From: Eledone cirrhosa
Taxonomy: Eukaryota
Reading direction: 5' to 3'
Assembly: GCA_964016885.1 (NCBI GenBank)
Contig: OZ024754.1
Coordinates: forward strand, 25,048,001-25,112,000
Length of the DNA: 64,000 nt
Shown here: positions 16,428-31,944 of the stretch, in pieces
How positions within the stretch are numbered: position 1 is the first letter of the stretch
How the letters are laid out: the number at the start of each line of letters is the position of its first letter
Position numbers and translations under genes: made by a program
Notes under the pieces: model-generated
What the model saw: only the letters and a program-made list of their open reading frames with translations
What the model was told of the DNA's origin: nothing
Database searches by the model: none

Positions 16428-18072
16428 TAGTAGTAGTAAGGTTTTCGATGTTGTGATAATGATTAGCAGCGATGTGTGTCAAATGGCTATTAAGATAAGT
16501 GTGTGTGTGTATGTGTGTGTGTGTGAGTGTGTGTGTGTGTAGCAGAGTAATTTGTGATGGTCAGTATGAATGTTTCTGATTTCGAAAATTGATATATATT
16601 TTATATTCTTAAAAAATTTTTCAACGTGTAGAAACACAATGTATAGAAGCATTTTTTCTAAATTCTGTGTAAAATGATCTATTTGTTAAAAACCTAAAAA
16701 AATCAATTTTACAAATCAGAAGTAAATATTTCTAAAAGTATAAACAAATTGATTATTATAGGTTTTTCACAAATTGATCATTTTACACAGTATTTCGAAA
16801 ATTGTTTTTTTACAAAAAAGATTGATTTTTTTTCTTTCGAAATATATACTTTCTCATTTTGAAAATTGATATATATTTTGTATTTTTCAAAAATTTTTCA
16901 ACGTGACGAAACACAATGTATAAACGCATTCTTTTGAAAAAAAAACATTTTTTCCAAATACTGTGTTTTACACAGTATGGTCAATTTGTTAAAAACCTAA
17001 AAAAATCAATTTTAGAAATCAGAAGTAAATATTTCGAAAAGTATAAACAAATCGATTATTTTAGGTTTTTCACAAATTGATCATTTTATTACATATCCAG
17101 TGCTTTTATCGAGAATGACACAGCTAGAGACTTATAGAATACTTAGCTGTGTACAGGAACTGGTTTGAAAGAGCGGTTGCCGGTCCGGCAGAAATTAGAA
17201 ATTGGATTAAATGCTCTGAAATAGCGATATATATGTGAAGATAGACATAGAATATTCGAAAATATTCTGTATGTTTATAATAAACATTTTGAAGACCTAA
17301 TCGCTATAGAATAGAATACGTCACGTATTACAATTAGATTCTCGATAAAAGCAAGGGAAGTAACCTACGCGTTTCATTCTTATTAGAAATCTTCAGGATT
17401 ACATATCCAGTGCTTTTATCGAGAATGACACAGCTAGAGACTTATAGAATACTTAGCTGTGTACAGGAACTGGTTTGAAAGAGCGGTTGCCGGTCCGGCA
17501 GAAATTAGAAATTGGAATAAATGCTCTGAAATAGCGATATATATGTGAAGATAGACATAGAATATTCGAAAATATTCTGTATGTTTATAATAAACATTTT
17601 GAAGACCTAATCGCTATAGAATAGAATACGTCACGTATTACAATTAGATTCTCGATAAAAGCAAGGGAAGTAACCTACGCGTTTCATTCTTATTAGAAAT
17701 CTTCAGGATTACATATCCAGTGCTTTTATCGAGAATGACACAGCTAGAGACTTATAGAATACTTAGCTGTGTACAGGAACTGGTTTGAAAGAGCGGTTGC
17801 CGGTCCGGCAGAAATTAGAAATTGGAATAAATGCTCTAAAATAGCGATATATATGTGAAGATAGACATAGAATATTCGAAAATATTCTGTATGTTTATAA
17901 TTAACATTTTGAAGACCTAATCGCTATAGAATAGAATATGTCACGTATTACAATTAGATTCTCGATAAAAGCAAGGGAAGTAACCTACGCGTTTCATTCT
18001 TATTAGAAATCTTCAGGATTACATATCCAGTGCTTTTATATATATATACATATATATATACATATACATATA

Positions 18073-18106
<34 letters not shown>

Positions 18107-18220
18107 CATATACATATATATATATATGTATACATATATATACATATATATATATACATATACATATATATATATACATATACATATATATATATACATA
18201 TATATATATACATACATATT

Positions 18221-18355
<135 letters not shown>

Positions 18356-18362
18356 GTATACA

Positions 18363-18400
<38 letters not shown>

Positions 18401-19289
18401 CAAATATATATATATACATATATATATATACATATATATATATAGAAATTGGATTAAATGCTCTGAAATAGCGATATATATGTGAAGATAGACATAGAAT
18501 ATTCGAAAATATTCTGTATGTTTATAATAAACATTTTGAAGACCTAATCGCTACGTATTACAATTAGATTCTCGATAAAAGCAAGGGAAGTAACCTACGC
18601 GTTTCATTCTTATTAGAAATCTTCAGGATTACATATCCAGTGCTTTTATCGAGAATGACACAGCTAGAGACTTATAGAATACTTAGCTGTGTACAGGAAC
18701 TGGTTTGAAAGAGCCGTTGCCGGTCCGGCAGAAATTAGAAATTGGATTAAATGCTCTGAAATAGCGATATATATGTGAAGATAGACATAGAATATTCGAA
18801 AACATTCTGTGTTTATAATAAACATTTTGAAGACCTAATACAATACGTCACGTATTACAATTAGATTCTCGATAAAAGCAAGGGAAGTAACCTACGAGTT
18901 TCATTCTTATTAGAAATCTTCAGGATTACATATCCAGTGCTTTTATCGAGAATGACACAGCTAGAGACTTATAAAATACTTAGCTGTGTACAGGAACTGG
19001 TTTGAAAGAGCGGTTGCCGGTCCGGCAGAAATTAGAAATTGGATTAAATGCTCTGAAATAGCGGTATATATGTGAAGATAGACATAGAATATTCGAAAAT
19101 ATTCTGTATGTTTATAATAAACATTTTGAAGACCTAATCGCTATAGAATAGAATACGTCACGTATTACAATTAGATTCTCGATAAAAGCAAGGGAAGTAA
19201 CCTACGCGTTTCATTCTTATTAGAAATCTTCAGGATTACATATCCAGTGCTTTTATATATATATACATATATATATACATATACATATA

Positions 19290-19340
<51 letters not shown>

Positions 19341-19433
19341 ATGTATACATATATATACATATATATATATACATATACATATATATATATACATATACAT
19401 ATATATATATACATATATATATATACATACATA

Positions 19434-19474
<41 letters not shown>

Positions 19475-19481
19475 GTATACA

Positions 19482-19517
<36 letters not shown>

Positions 19518-20149
19518 CAATTATATATATATACATATATATATATACATATATATATATAGAAATTGGATTAAATGCTCTGATATAGCGATATATATGT
19601 GAAGATAGACATAGAATATTCGAAAATATTCTGTATGTTTATAATAAACATTTTGAAGACCTAATCGCTATAGAATAGAATACGTCACGTATTACAATTA
19701 GATTCTCGATAAAAGCAAGTGAAGTAACCTACGCGTTTCATTCTTATTAGAAATCTTCAGGATTACATATCCAGTGCTTTTATCGAGAATGACACAGCTA
19801 GAGACCTATAGAATACTTAGCTGTGTACAGGAACTGGTTTGAAAGAGCGGTTGCCGGTCCGGCAGAAATTAGAAATTGGATTAAATGCTCTGAAATAGCG
19901 ATATATATGTGAAGATAGACATAGAATATTCGAAAATATTCTGTATGTTTATAATAAACATTTTGAAGACCTAATCGCTATAGAATAGAATACGTCACGT
20001 ATTACAATCAGATTCTCGATAAAAGCAAGGGAAGTAATCTACGCGTTTCATTCTTATTAGAAATCTTCAGTGCTTTTATCGAGAATGACACAGCTAGAGA
20101 CTTATAGAATACTTATAGAATACTTATTTGTATATATATATATATACAA

Positions 20150-20198
<49 letters not shown>

Positions 20199-20368
20199 GA
20201 AATTGGATTAAATGCTCTGAAATAGCGATATATATGTGAACATAGACATAGAATATTCGAAAATATTCTGTATGTTTATAATAAACATTTTGAAGACCTA
20301 ATCGCTATAGAAGACCTATACGTCACGTATTACAATTAGATTTACATATATATATGTGTGACTGTATG

Positions 20369-20435
<67 letters not shown>

Positions 20436-21282
20436 TTAAATATATATACATGCTACTGTACGTCTGTATGCATATATGTATGTACGTATACATACATACT
20501 TACATTTAAGTAAGTGCCGTACTAAGAATCAGAAATTTCATTTCATTTCATTCTATTCCATTTTAGCGTTTTCGGTGCGCCTGGCCGACTGAACTCACTC
20601 AATATGCAAATCAGGCTGCTCAGCCGTTAATTTTCATAAGGAAAGTATATACTTTCGAACGTTCAACGCTGACGATAGCTAACAAACTTGAAACTAGTAC
20701 ATCGTAACTCTGTAAGTGTTGAACAAAAAGGTGACGTGGTTGCCTTAACACCGTACGGCATAAATCAGGCTGTCCGTTTGTTTACAAACAGACAAAGCGA
20801 GCATTATAATAAATGTTCGTTAAACTGATATGTACATATATATATGTGTGCCTTTATGTATATATATATATATATACATGCTACTGTACGTCTGTATGCA
20901 TATATGTATGTACGTATACATATATACTTACATTTAAGTAAGTGCCGTACTAAGAGTGAGAAATTAAATTTCATTTCATTCTATTCCATTTTATCGTTTT
21001 CGGTGCGCCTGGCCGACTGAACTCACTCGATATGCAAATCAGGCTGCTCAGCCGTTAATTTTCATAAGGAAAGTATATAGTTTCGAACGTTCAACCATCT
21101 GGCAGAAGGGTATACGGTGCTGACGATAGCTAACAAGCTTGAAACTAGTACATCGATCCTGTGTCAGTGTTGAACAAAAAGTTGGCGTGGTTGCCTTAAC
21201 ACCGTTTGTTTACAAACGGACAAAGCGAGCATTATAATAGAAGTTCACTAAACTGATACGTACATATAAATATGTGTCCCTG

Positions 21283-21321
<39 letters not shown>

Positions 21322-22836
21322 ATATATATACATGTGTGTGTGCGTGTGTGTGTGTGTGTGTGTAGTAGTAGTAGTAAGGTTTTCGATATTGTGATAATGG
21401 TTAGCAGCGATGTGTGTCAAATGGCTATTAAGATAAGTGTGTGTGTGTATGTGTGTGTGTGTGTGAGTGTGTGTGTAGCAGAGTAATTTGTGATGGTCAG
21501 TAAGAATGTTTCTGATTTCGAAAATTGATATATATTTTATATTCTTAAAAAATTTTTCAGAAACACAATGTATAAAAGCATTTTTTCTAAATTCTGTGTA
21601 AAATGATCTATTTGTTAAAAACATAAAAAAATCAATTTTACAAATCAGAAGTAAATATTTCTAAAAGTATAAACAAATTGATTATTATAGGTTTTTCACA
21701 AATTGATCATTTTACACAGTATTTAGAAAATTGTTTTTTTACAAAAAAGATTGATTTTTTTTCTTTGGAAATATATACTTTCTGATTTTGAAAATTGATA
21801 TATATTTTGTATTTTTCAAAAATGTTTCAACGTGACGAAACACAATGTATAAACGCATTCTTTTGAAAAAAAAACATTTTTTCCAAATACTGTGTTTTAC
21901 ACAGCATGGTCAATTTGTTAAAAACCTAAAAAAATCAATTTTAGAAATCAGAAGTAAATATTTCGAAAAGTATAAACAAATCGATTATTTTAGGTTTCTC
22001 ACAAATTGATCATTTTATTACATATCCAGTGTTACATATTCAGTGCTTTTATCGAGAATGACACAGCTAGAGACTTATAGAATACTTAGCTGTGTACAGG
22101 AACTGGTTTGAAAGAGCGGTTGCCGGTCCGGCAGAAATTAGAAATTGGATTAAATGCTCTGAAATAGCGATATATATGTGAAGATAGACATAGAATATTC
22201 GAAAATATTCTGTATGTTTATAATAAACATTTTGAAGACCTAATCGCTATAGAATAGAATACGTCACGTATTACAATTAGATTCTCGATAAAAGCAAGGG
22301 AAGTAACCTACGCGTTTCATTCTTATTAGAAATCTTCAGGATTACATATCCAGTGCTTTTATCGAGAATGACACAGCTAGAGACTTTTAGAATACTTAGC
22401 TGTGTACAGGAACTGGTTTGAAAGAGCGGTTACCGGTTCGGCAGAAATTAGAAATCTGAAATAGCGATATATATGTGAAGATAGACATAGAATATTCGAA
22501 AATATTCTGTATGTTTATAATAAACATTTTGAAGACCTAATCGCTATAGAATAGAATACGTCACGTATTACAATTAGATTCTCGATAAAAGCAAGGGAAG
22601 TAACCTACGCGTTTCATTCTTATTAGAAATCTTCAGGATTACATATCCAGTGCTTTTATCGAGAATGACACAGCTAGAGACTTATAGAATACTTAGCTGT
22701 GTACAGGAACTGGTTTGAAAGAGCGGTTGCCGGTCCGGCAGAAATTAGAAATTGGAATAAATGCTCTAAAATAGCGATATATATGTGAAGATAGACATAG
22801 AATATTCGAAAATATATATATATATATATACATGTG

Positions 22837-22875
<39 letters not shown>

Positions 22876-23014
22876 TAGTAGTAGTAAGGTTTTCGATGTT
22901 GTGATAATGGTTAGCAGCGATGTGTGTCAAATGGCTATTAAGATAAGTGTGTGTGTGTATGTGTGTATGTGTGTGAGTGTGTGTGTAGCAGAGTAATTTG
23001 TGATGGTCAGTAAG

Positions 23015-25300
23015 AATGTTTCTGATTTCGAAAATTGATATATATTTTATATTCTTAAAAAATTTTTCAACGTGTAGAAACACAATGTATAAAAGCATTT
23101 TTTCTAAATTCTGTGTAAAATGATCTATTTGTTAAAAACCTAAAAAAATCAATTTTACAAATCAGAAGTAAATATTTCTAAAAGTATAAACAAATTGATT
23201 ATTATAGATTTTTCACAAGTTGATCATTTTACACAGTATTTCGAAAAATTGTTTTTTTTCAAAAAAGATTGATTTTTTTTTCTTTCGGAATATAAAATTT
23301 CTGATTTCGAAAATTGATATATATTTTGTATCTTTTAAAAATTTTTGAATCTGCCGTAACAATGTATAAACGCATTTTTTTGAAAACTAACAATTTTTCG
23401 AAATACTGTGTAAAATGATCAGCTTGTGAAAAACCTAAAATAATTAATTTGTTTATACTTTTCGAAATATTTACTTCTGATTTCTAAAATTAATTTTTTT
23501 AGGTTTTTAACAAATTGACCATTTTACACAGTATTTATAAAAAATGTCTGTTCTCAAAAGAATGAGTTTATACATTGTGTTACGACACGTTGAAAAATTT
23601 TTGAAAAATACAAAATATATATCAATTTTTGAAATCATAAAGTATATATTTCGAAAGAAACAAAATCAATCTTTTTTGAAAAAAAACATTTTTTCCAAAT
23701 ACTGTGTAAAATGATTAATTTGTGAAAAACCTAAAAAAAATCAATTTTAGAAATCAGAAGTAAATATTTCTAAAAGTATAAACAAATTGATTATTATAGG
23801 TTTTTCACAAATTGATCATTTTACACAGTATTTTGAAAATTGTTCTTTTACAAAAAAGATTGATTTTTTTTTCTTTCGAAATATATACTTTCTGATTTTA
23901 AAAATTGATATATATTTTGTATTTTTCAAAAATTTTTCAACGTGACGAAACACAATGTATAAACGCATTCTTTTGATAAAAAAACATTTTTTCCAAATAC
24001 TGTGTTTTACACAGTATGGTCAATTTGTTAAAAACCTAAAAAAATCAATTTTAGAAATCAGAAGTAAATATTTCGAAAAGTATAAACAAATCGATTATTT
24101 TAGGTTTTTCACAAATTGATCATTTTATTCTAAAAACTGTTTTCTTTCAAAAAAGGTTGATTTTTTTTCTTTTGAAATATATACTTTCTGATTTCCAAAA
24201 TTGTATTCTAAAAAAATCTTTCAACGTGTATAAAAGCATTTTTACCAAATACTGAGTAAAATTATCAATTTGCTAAAAACCTAAAAAAATCAATTTTAGA
24301 AATCAGAAGTATCAATTTTCAAAATCAGAAAGTATATATTTCGAAAGAAAAAAATCAATTATTTTTTGAAAAAAAACAATTTTTCGAATATAATGATTAA
24401 TCTGTGAAAAACATAAAATAATCAATTTGTTTATACTTTCGAAAAGTATAAACAAATTGATTATTTTATGTTTTTCACAGATTTAATATTCGAAAAATTG
24501 TTTTTTTTCAAAAATGATTGATTTTTTTCTTTAGAAAATTGAAATATATTTTGGATTCTTAAAAAATTTTTCAACGTGTAGAAACATAATGTATAATAGA
24601 AAAAAAAACATTTTTTCCAAATACTGTGTAAAATGGTCAATTTGTGAAAAACCTAAAAAAATCAATTTGACTATTTCAGGTTTTTCACAAGTTGATCATT
24701 TTACACAGTATTTCGAAAAATTGTTTTTTTTTCAAAAAAGATTGATTTTTTTTTCTTTCTAAATATATACTTTCTGATTTCGAAAATTGATATATATTTT
24801 GTATTTTTCAAAAATTTTTCAACGTGTCGAAACAATGTATAAACGCATTCTTTTGAAAAAAAACATTTGTTCCAAATACTATATGAAATGGTCAATTTGT
24901 GAAAAACCTAAAAAAATCAATTTTAGAAATCAGAAGTAAATATTTCGAAAAGTATAAACAAATTGATTATTTTAGGTTTTTCGTTTTAATTTTAGAAAAA
25001 CCTAAAAAAAATCAATCTTTTTTAAAAAGAAACAATTTTTCAAATTAATGATCAATTTGTGAAAAACCTAAAATAATTAATTTTTCTAATTTCTAAAATT
25101 GATTTTTTTAGGTTTTTAACAAATTAATCACTGTATAAACAAATTAATTATTTTAGGTTTTTAACAAGTTGATCATTTCCAAAAATTGTTATTTTCAAAA
25201 AAATGCGTTGTGTTTCCACACATTGAAAAATTTTTGAAAAATGCAAAATATATATCAATTTTCGAAATCAGAAAGTATATATTCCGAAAGAAAAAAAATC
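23015..25300. repeat. AT-rich satellite C (~300-bp degenerate unit) with direct and inverted blocks; ~500-bp pieces also lie in each 5-kb unit (e.g. 1220-1730)
   Basis: The motifs aatcaattttagaaatcagaagtaaatatttcgaaaagtataaacaaat and tttctgatttcgaaaattgatatatatttt recur. The reverse complement of the first is at ~23447-23492. Confidence 0.8.
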
Positions 25301-25780
25301 ACGTTTGTTTACGAAAGGACAAACCGAGCATTATAATAAATTTTCGCTAATCTGATACATACATATATATATGTGTGCCTTTATGTATATATATATATAC
25401 ATGCTAATATTTAAGTAAGTGCCAGTGAAAAATTTCATTTCATTTCATGTTATTCTATTTTATCGTTTTCAGTGCTGAAACTCACTAGATATGCAAATCA
25501 GGCTGCTCAGCCGTTAATTACCATAAGGAAAGTTCGAACCTTCGAAAGTTCAACCATCTGGCAGAAGGGTATACGGTGTTGACGATAGCTAACAAGCTTG
25601 AAACTAGTACATCGTTCCTGTGTCAGTATTGAACAAAAAGGTGACGTGGTTGCCTTAACACCGTACGGCATAAACCGAGCTGTCCGTTTGTTTACAAACT
25701 GACAAAGCGAGCATTATAATAAATGTTCGATAAACTGATACGTGATATATATATGTGTGCCTGTATATGTATATGTGTGC

Positions 25781-25867
<87 letters not shown>

Positions 25868-26273
25868 CTACTGCACGTCTATATGCATATATGTATGTAA
25901 GTATACATACACACTTACATTTAAGTAAGTGACGTGCTAAGAGTGAGAAATTTCATTTCATTTCATTCTATTCCATTTTATCGTTTTCGGTACGCCTGGC
26001 CGTTTGAACTCACTCGATATGCAAATTAGGCTGCTCAGCCGTTAATTTTCATAAGGAAAGTATATACTTTCAAACGTTCAACCATCTGGCAGAAGGTTAT
26101 ACGGTGCTGACGATAGCTAACAAGCTTGAAACTAGTACATCGTTCCTGTGTCAACGTTGAAAAAAAAGGTGTCGTGGTTGCCTTAACACCGTACGTTTAT
26201 TTACAAACGGACAAAGCGAGCATTATAATAAATGTTTGCTAAACTGATATGTACATATATATATGTGTGCATT

Positions 26274-26322
<49 letters not shown>

Positions 26323-27183
26323 TACTGTACGTCTGTATGCATATATGTATGTACGTATACATACATACTTACATTTAAGTAAGTGAGTGAGAAATGAAAT
26401 CTCATTTCATTCTATTCCATTTTATCGTTTCCGAGGCGCCTGGCCGACTGAACTCACTCGATATGCAAACTAGGCTGCTCAGCCGTTAATTTTCATAAAG
26501 TATATACTTTTGAACGTTCAACCATCTGGCAGATGGGTATACGGTGCTGAGGATAGCTAACAAACTTGCAACTAGTACACCATTCCTGTGTCAGTGTTGA
26601 ACAAAAAGTTGACGTGGTTGCCTTAACACCGTACGGCATAAATCAGGCTGTCCGTTTGTTTACAAAAGGACAAAGCGAGCATTATAATAAATTTTCGCTA
26701 CATACATATATATATGTGTGCCTTTATGTATATATATATATACATGCTACTGTACGTCTGTATGCATATATGTATGTACGTATACATACATAATTACATT
26801 TAAGTAAGTGCCAGACTAAGAGTGAAAAATTTCATTTCATTTCATTGTATTCTATTTTTTTGTTTTCAGTGCGCCTGACCGACTGAACTCACTCGATATG
26901 CAAATTAGGCTGCTCAGCCGTTAATTATCATAAGTTCGAACCTTCGAACGTTCAACCATCTGGCAGAAGGGTATACGGTGCTGACGATAGTTAACAAGCT
27001 TGAAACTAGTACATCGTTCCTGTGTCAGTATTGAACAAAAAGGTGACGTGGTTGCCTTAACACCGTACGGCATAAACCAGGCTGTCCGTTTGTTTACAAA
27101 CTGACAAAGCGAGCATTATAATAAATGTTCGTTAAACTGATACATAATATATATATGTGTGCCTGTATATATATATGTGTGCC

Positions 27184-27241
<58 letters not shown>

Positions 27242-27802
27242 CTACTGCACGTCTATATGCATATATGTATGTACGTATACATACATACTTACATTTAAGT
27301 AAGTGCCGTACAAAGAGTGAGAAATGAAATTTCATTTTATTCTATTACATTTTATCGTTTTCCATGCGCCTGGGCGCCTGAACTCACTCGATATGCAAAT
27401 TAGGCTGCTCAGCCGTTAATTTTCATGAGGAAAGTATATACTTTCGAACGTTCAACTATCTGGCAGAAGGGTATACGGTGCTGACGATAGCTAACAAGCT
27501 TGAAACTAGTACATCGTTCCTGTGTCAGTGTTGAACAAAAAGGTGACGTGGTTACCTTAACACCGTACGGCATAAATCAAGCTGTCCGTTTGTTTACAAA
27601 CGGACACAGCGAGCATTATAATAAATGTTCGCTAAACTGATACTTACATATATATATATATGTGTCCCTGTATGTATATATACGTCTGTATGCATATATG
27701 TATGTACGTATACATACAAACTTACATTTAAGTAAGTGCCGTACAAAGAGTGAGAAATGAAACTTCATTTCATTCTACTCCATTTTATCGTTTTTGGTGC
27801 GC

Positions 27803-27844
<42 letters not shown>

Positions 27845-28132
27845 GCACACATATATATTACGTATCAGTTTAACGCTTTGTCCTTTTGTAAACAAACGTA
27901 CAGCCTGCTTTATGCCGTACGGTGTTAAGGCAACCACGTCAACTGACGATAGCTAACAAGCTTGAAACTAGTACATCGTTCCTGTGTCAGTGTTGAACAA
28001 AAAGGTGACGTGGTTACCTTAACACCGTACGGCATAAATCAAGCTGTCCGTCTGTTTACAAATGGACAAAGCGAGCATTATAATAAATGTTCGCTAAACT
28101 GATACTTACATATATATATATATGTGTCCCTG

Positions 28133-28189
<57 letters not shown>

Positions 28190-28795
28190 GCTACTGTACG
28201 TCTGTATGCATATATGCATGTACGTATACATACATACTTACATTTAAGTAAGTGCCGTACAAAGAGTGAGAAATGAAATTTCATTTCATTCTATTCCATT
28301 TTATCGTTTTCGAGGCGCCTGGCCGACTGAACTCACTCGATATGCAAATTAGGCTGCTCAGCCGTTAATTTTCATAAGGAAAGTATATACTTTCGAACGT
28401 TCAACCATCTGGCAGAAGGATATACGGTGCTGACGATAGCTAACAAGCTTGAAACTAGTACACCGTTGCTGTGTCAGTGTGACCAAAAAGTTGACGTGGT
28501 TGCATTAACACCGTACGGCATAAATCAGGCTGTCCGTTTGTTTACAAAAGGACAAAGCGAGCATTATAATAAATGTTCGCTAATCTGATACGTACATATA
28601 TATATGTGTGCCTTTATGTATATATATATATATATATATACATTCTACTGTACGTCTGTATGCATATATGTATGTACGTATACATACATACTTACATTTA
28701 AGTAAGTGCCGTACAAAGAGTGAGAAATGAAATTTCATTTCATTCTATTCCAATTTATCGTTTTCAGTGCGCCTGACCGACTGAACTCACTCGAT

Positions 28796-28803
28796 ATGCA
28801 AAT
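28796..28803 (+). promoter_or_regulatory. Octamer motif ATGCAAAT in the satellite A monomer, ~80 nt upstream of the HHR core
   Basis: Exact match, retained in most monomers. Function is inferred only. Confidence 0.35.
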
Positions 28804-28870
28804 TAGGCTGCTCAGCCGTTAATTTTCATAAGGAAAGTATATACTTTCGAACGTTCAACCATCTGGCAGA

Positions 28871-28924
28871 AGGGTATACGGTGCTGACGATAGCTAACAA
28901 GCTTGAAACTAGTACATCGTTCCT
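28871..28924 (+). ncRNA. Type I hammerhead ribozyme of satellite A (representative copy)
   Basis: aggg-tat-acggtg CTGACGA(28884-28890) t-agct-aaca-agct-t GAAA(28905-28908) ctag TA catcgt-tcct. Stem I is acggtg/catcgt (G.U), or perfect acggtg/caccgt in variant units. Stem III is the palindrome ACTAGT, with predicted cleavage after A28914. Confidence 0.88.
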
Positions 28925-29518
28925 GTGTCAGTGTTGAACAAAAAGGCGACGTAGTTACCATAACACCGTACCGCATAAATCAAGCTGTCCGTTTGTTTAC
29001 AAAAGGACAAAGCGTGCATTATAATAAATGTTCGCTAATCTGATACGTACATATATATATGTGTGCCTTTATGTATATATATATATATACATGCTACTGT
29101 ACGTCTGTATGCATATATGTATGTACGTATACATACATACTTACATTTAAGTAAGTGCCAGACTAAGAGTGAGAAATTTCATTTCATTTCATTCTATTCT
29201 ATTTTTATCGTTTTCAGTGCGCCTGACCGACTGAACTCACTCGATATGCAAATTAGGCTGCTCAGCCGTTAATTTTCATAAGGAAAGTATATACTTTCGA
29301 ACGTTCAACCATCTGGCAGAAGGGTATACGGTGCTGACGATAGCTAACAAGCTTGAAACTAGTACACCGTTGCTGTGTCAGTGTGACCAAAAAGTTGACG
29401 TGGTTGCATTAACACCGTACGGCATAAATCAGGCTGTCCGTTTGTTTACAAAAGGACAAAGCGAGCATTATAATAAATGTTCGCTAATCTGATACGTACA
29501 TATATATATGTGTGCCTT

Positions 29519-29555
<37 letters not shown>

Positions 29556-30431
29556 TCTACTGTACGTCTGTATGCATATATGTATGTACGTATACATACA
29601 TACTTACATTTAAGTAAGTGCCGTACAAAGAGTGAGAAATGAAATTTCATTTCATTCTATTCCAATTTATCGTTTTCAGTGCGCCTGACCGACTGAACTC
29701 ACTCGATATGCAAATTAGGCTGCTCAGCCGTTAATTTTCATAAGGAAAGTATATACTTTCGAACGTTCAACCATCTGGCAGAAGGGTATACGGTGCTGAC
29801 GATAGCTAACAAGCTTGCAACTAGTACATCGTTCCTGTGTCAGTGTTGAACAAAAAGGCGACGTAGTTACCATAACACCGTACCGCATAAATCAAGCTGT
29901 CCGTTTGTTTACAAAAGGACAAAGCGTGCATTATAATAAATGTTCGCTAATCTGATACGTACATATATATATGTGTGCCTTTATGTATATATATATATAT
30001 ACATGCTACTGTACGTCTGTATGCATATATGTATGTACGTATACATACATACTTACATTTAAGTAAGTGCCAGACTAAGAGTGAGAAATTTCATTTCATT
30101 TCATTCTATTCTATTTTTATCGTTTTCAGTGCGCCTGACCGACTGAACTCACTCGATATGCAAATTAGGCTGCTCAGCCGTTAATTTTCATAAGGAAAGT
30201 ATATACTTTCGAACGTTCAACCATCTTGCAGAAGGTTATACGGTGCTGACGATAGCTAACAAGCTTGAAACTAGTACATCGTTCCTGTGTCAACGTTGAA
30301 CAAAAAGGTGACGTGGTTACCTTAACACCGTACGATATAATACAGGCTGTCCGTTTGTTTGCAAACGGACAAAGCAAGCATTATAATAAATGTTTGCTAA
30401 ACTGATATGTACATATATATATGTGTGCCTT

Positions 30432-30496
<65 letters not shown>

Positions 30497-30934
30497 GCTA
30501 CTGTACGTCTGTATGCATATATGTATGTACGTATACACACATACTTACATTTAAGTAAGTGCCGTACTAAGAGTGAGAAATGAATTTTCATTTCATTCTA
30601 CTCCATTTTATCGTTTTTTGGTGCGCCTGGCCAACTGAACTCACTCGATATGCAAATTAGGCTGCTCAGTCGTTAATTTTCATAAGGAAAGTATATACTT
30701 TCGAACGTTCAACCATCTGGCAGAAGGGTATACGGTGCTGACGATAGCTAACAAGCTTGAAACTAGTACATCGTTCCTGTGTCAGTGTTGAACAAAAAGG
30801 TGACGCGGTTGCCTTAACACCGTACGGCATAAACCAGGCTGTCCGTTTGTTTACAAACGGACAAAGCGAGCATTATAATAAATGTGCGTTAAACTGATAC
30901 GTAATATATATATGTGTGCCTGTATATATATATA

Positions 30935-30985
<51 letters not shown>

Positions 30986-31408
30986 GCTACTGTACGTCTA
31001 TATGCATATATGTATGTACGTATACATACATACTTACATTTAAGTCAGTGCCAGACTAAGAGTGAGAAATTTCATTTCATTTCATCCTATTCCATTTTAT
31101 CGTTTTCGGTACGCCTGGCCGATTAAACTCACTCGATATGCAAATTAGGCTGCTCAGCCGTTAATTTTCATAAGGAAAGTATATACTTTCGAACGTTCAA
31201 CCATCTGGCAGAAGGTTATACGGTGCTGACGATAGCTAACAAGCTTGAAACTAGTACATCGTTCCTGTGTCAACGTTGAACAAAAAGGTGACGTGGTTGC
31301 CTTAACACCGTACGATATAATACAGGCTGTCCGTTTGCTTACAAACGGACAAAGCGAGCATTATAATAAATGTTTGCTAAACTGATATGTACATATATAT
31401 ATGTGTGC

Positions 31409-31478
<70 letters not shown>

Positions 31479-31885
31479 GCTACTGTACGTCTGTATGCAT
31501 ATATGTATGTACGTATACACACATACTTACATTTAAGTAAGTGCCGTACTAAGAGTGAGAAATGAATTTTCATTTCATTCTACTCCATTTTATCGTTTTT
31601 GGTGCGCCTGGCCAACTGAACTCACTCGATATGCAAATTAGGCTGCTCAGTCGTTAATTTTCATAAGGAAAGTATATACTTTCGAACGTTCAACCATCTG
31701 GCAGAAGGGTATACGGTGCTGACGATAGCTAACAAGCTTGAAACTAGTACATCGTTCCTGTGTCAACGTTGAAAAAAAAGGTGTCGTGGTTGCCTTAACA
31801 CCGTACGTTTATTTACAAACGGACAAAGCGAGCATTATAATAAATGTTTGCTAAACTGATATGTACATATATATATGTGTGCATT

Positions 31886-31944
<59 letters not shown>

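Noticed and set aside
26870-26945. Pol III A/B boxes in satA (tggccgactga; gttcgaacc in variant units)
   Set aside because: The A box is imperfect, the B box appears only in a minority variant, and T4 runs lie within the unit.
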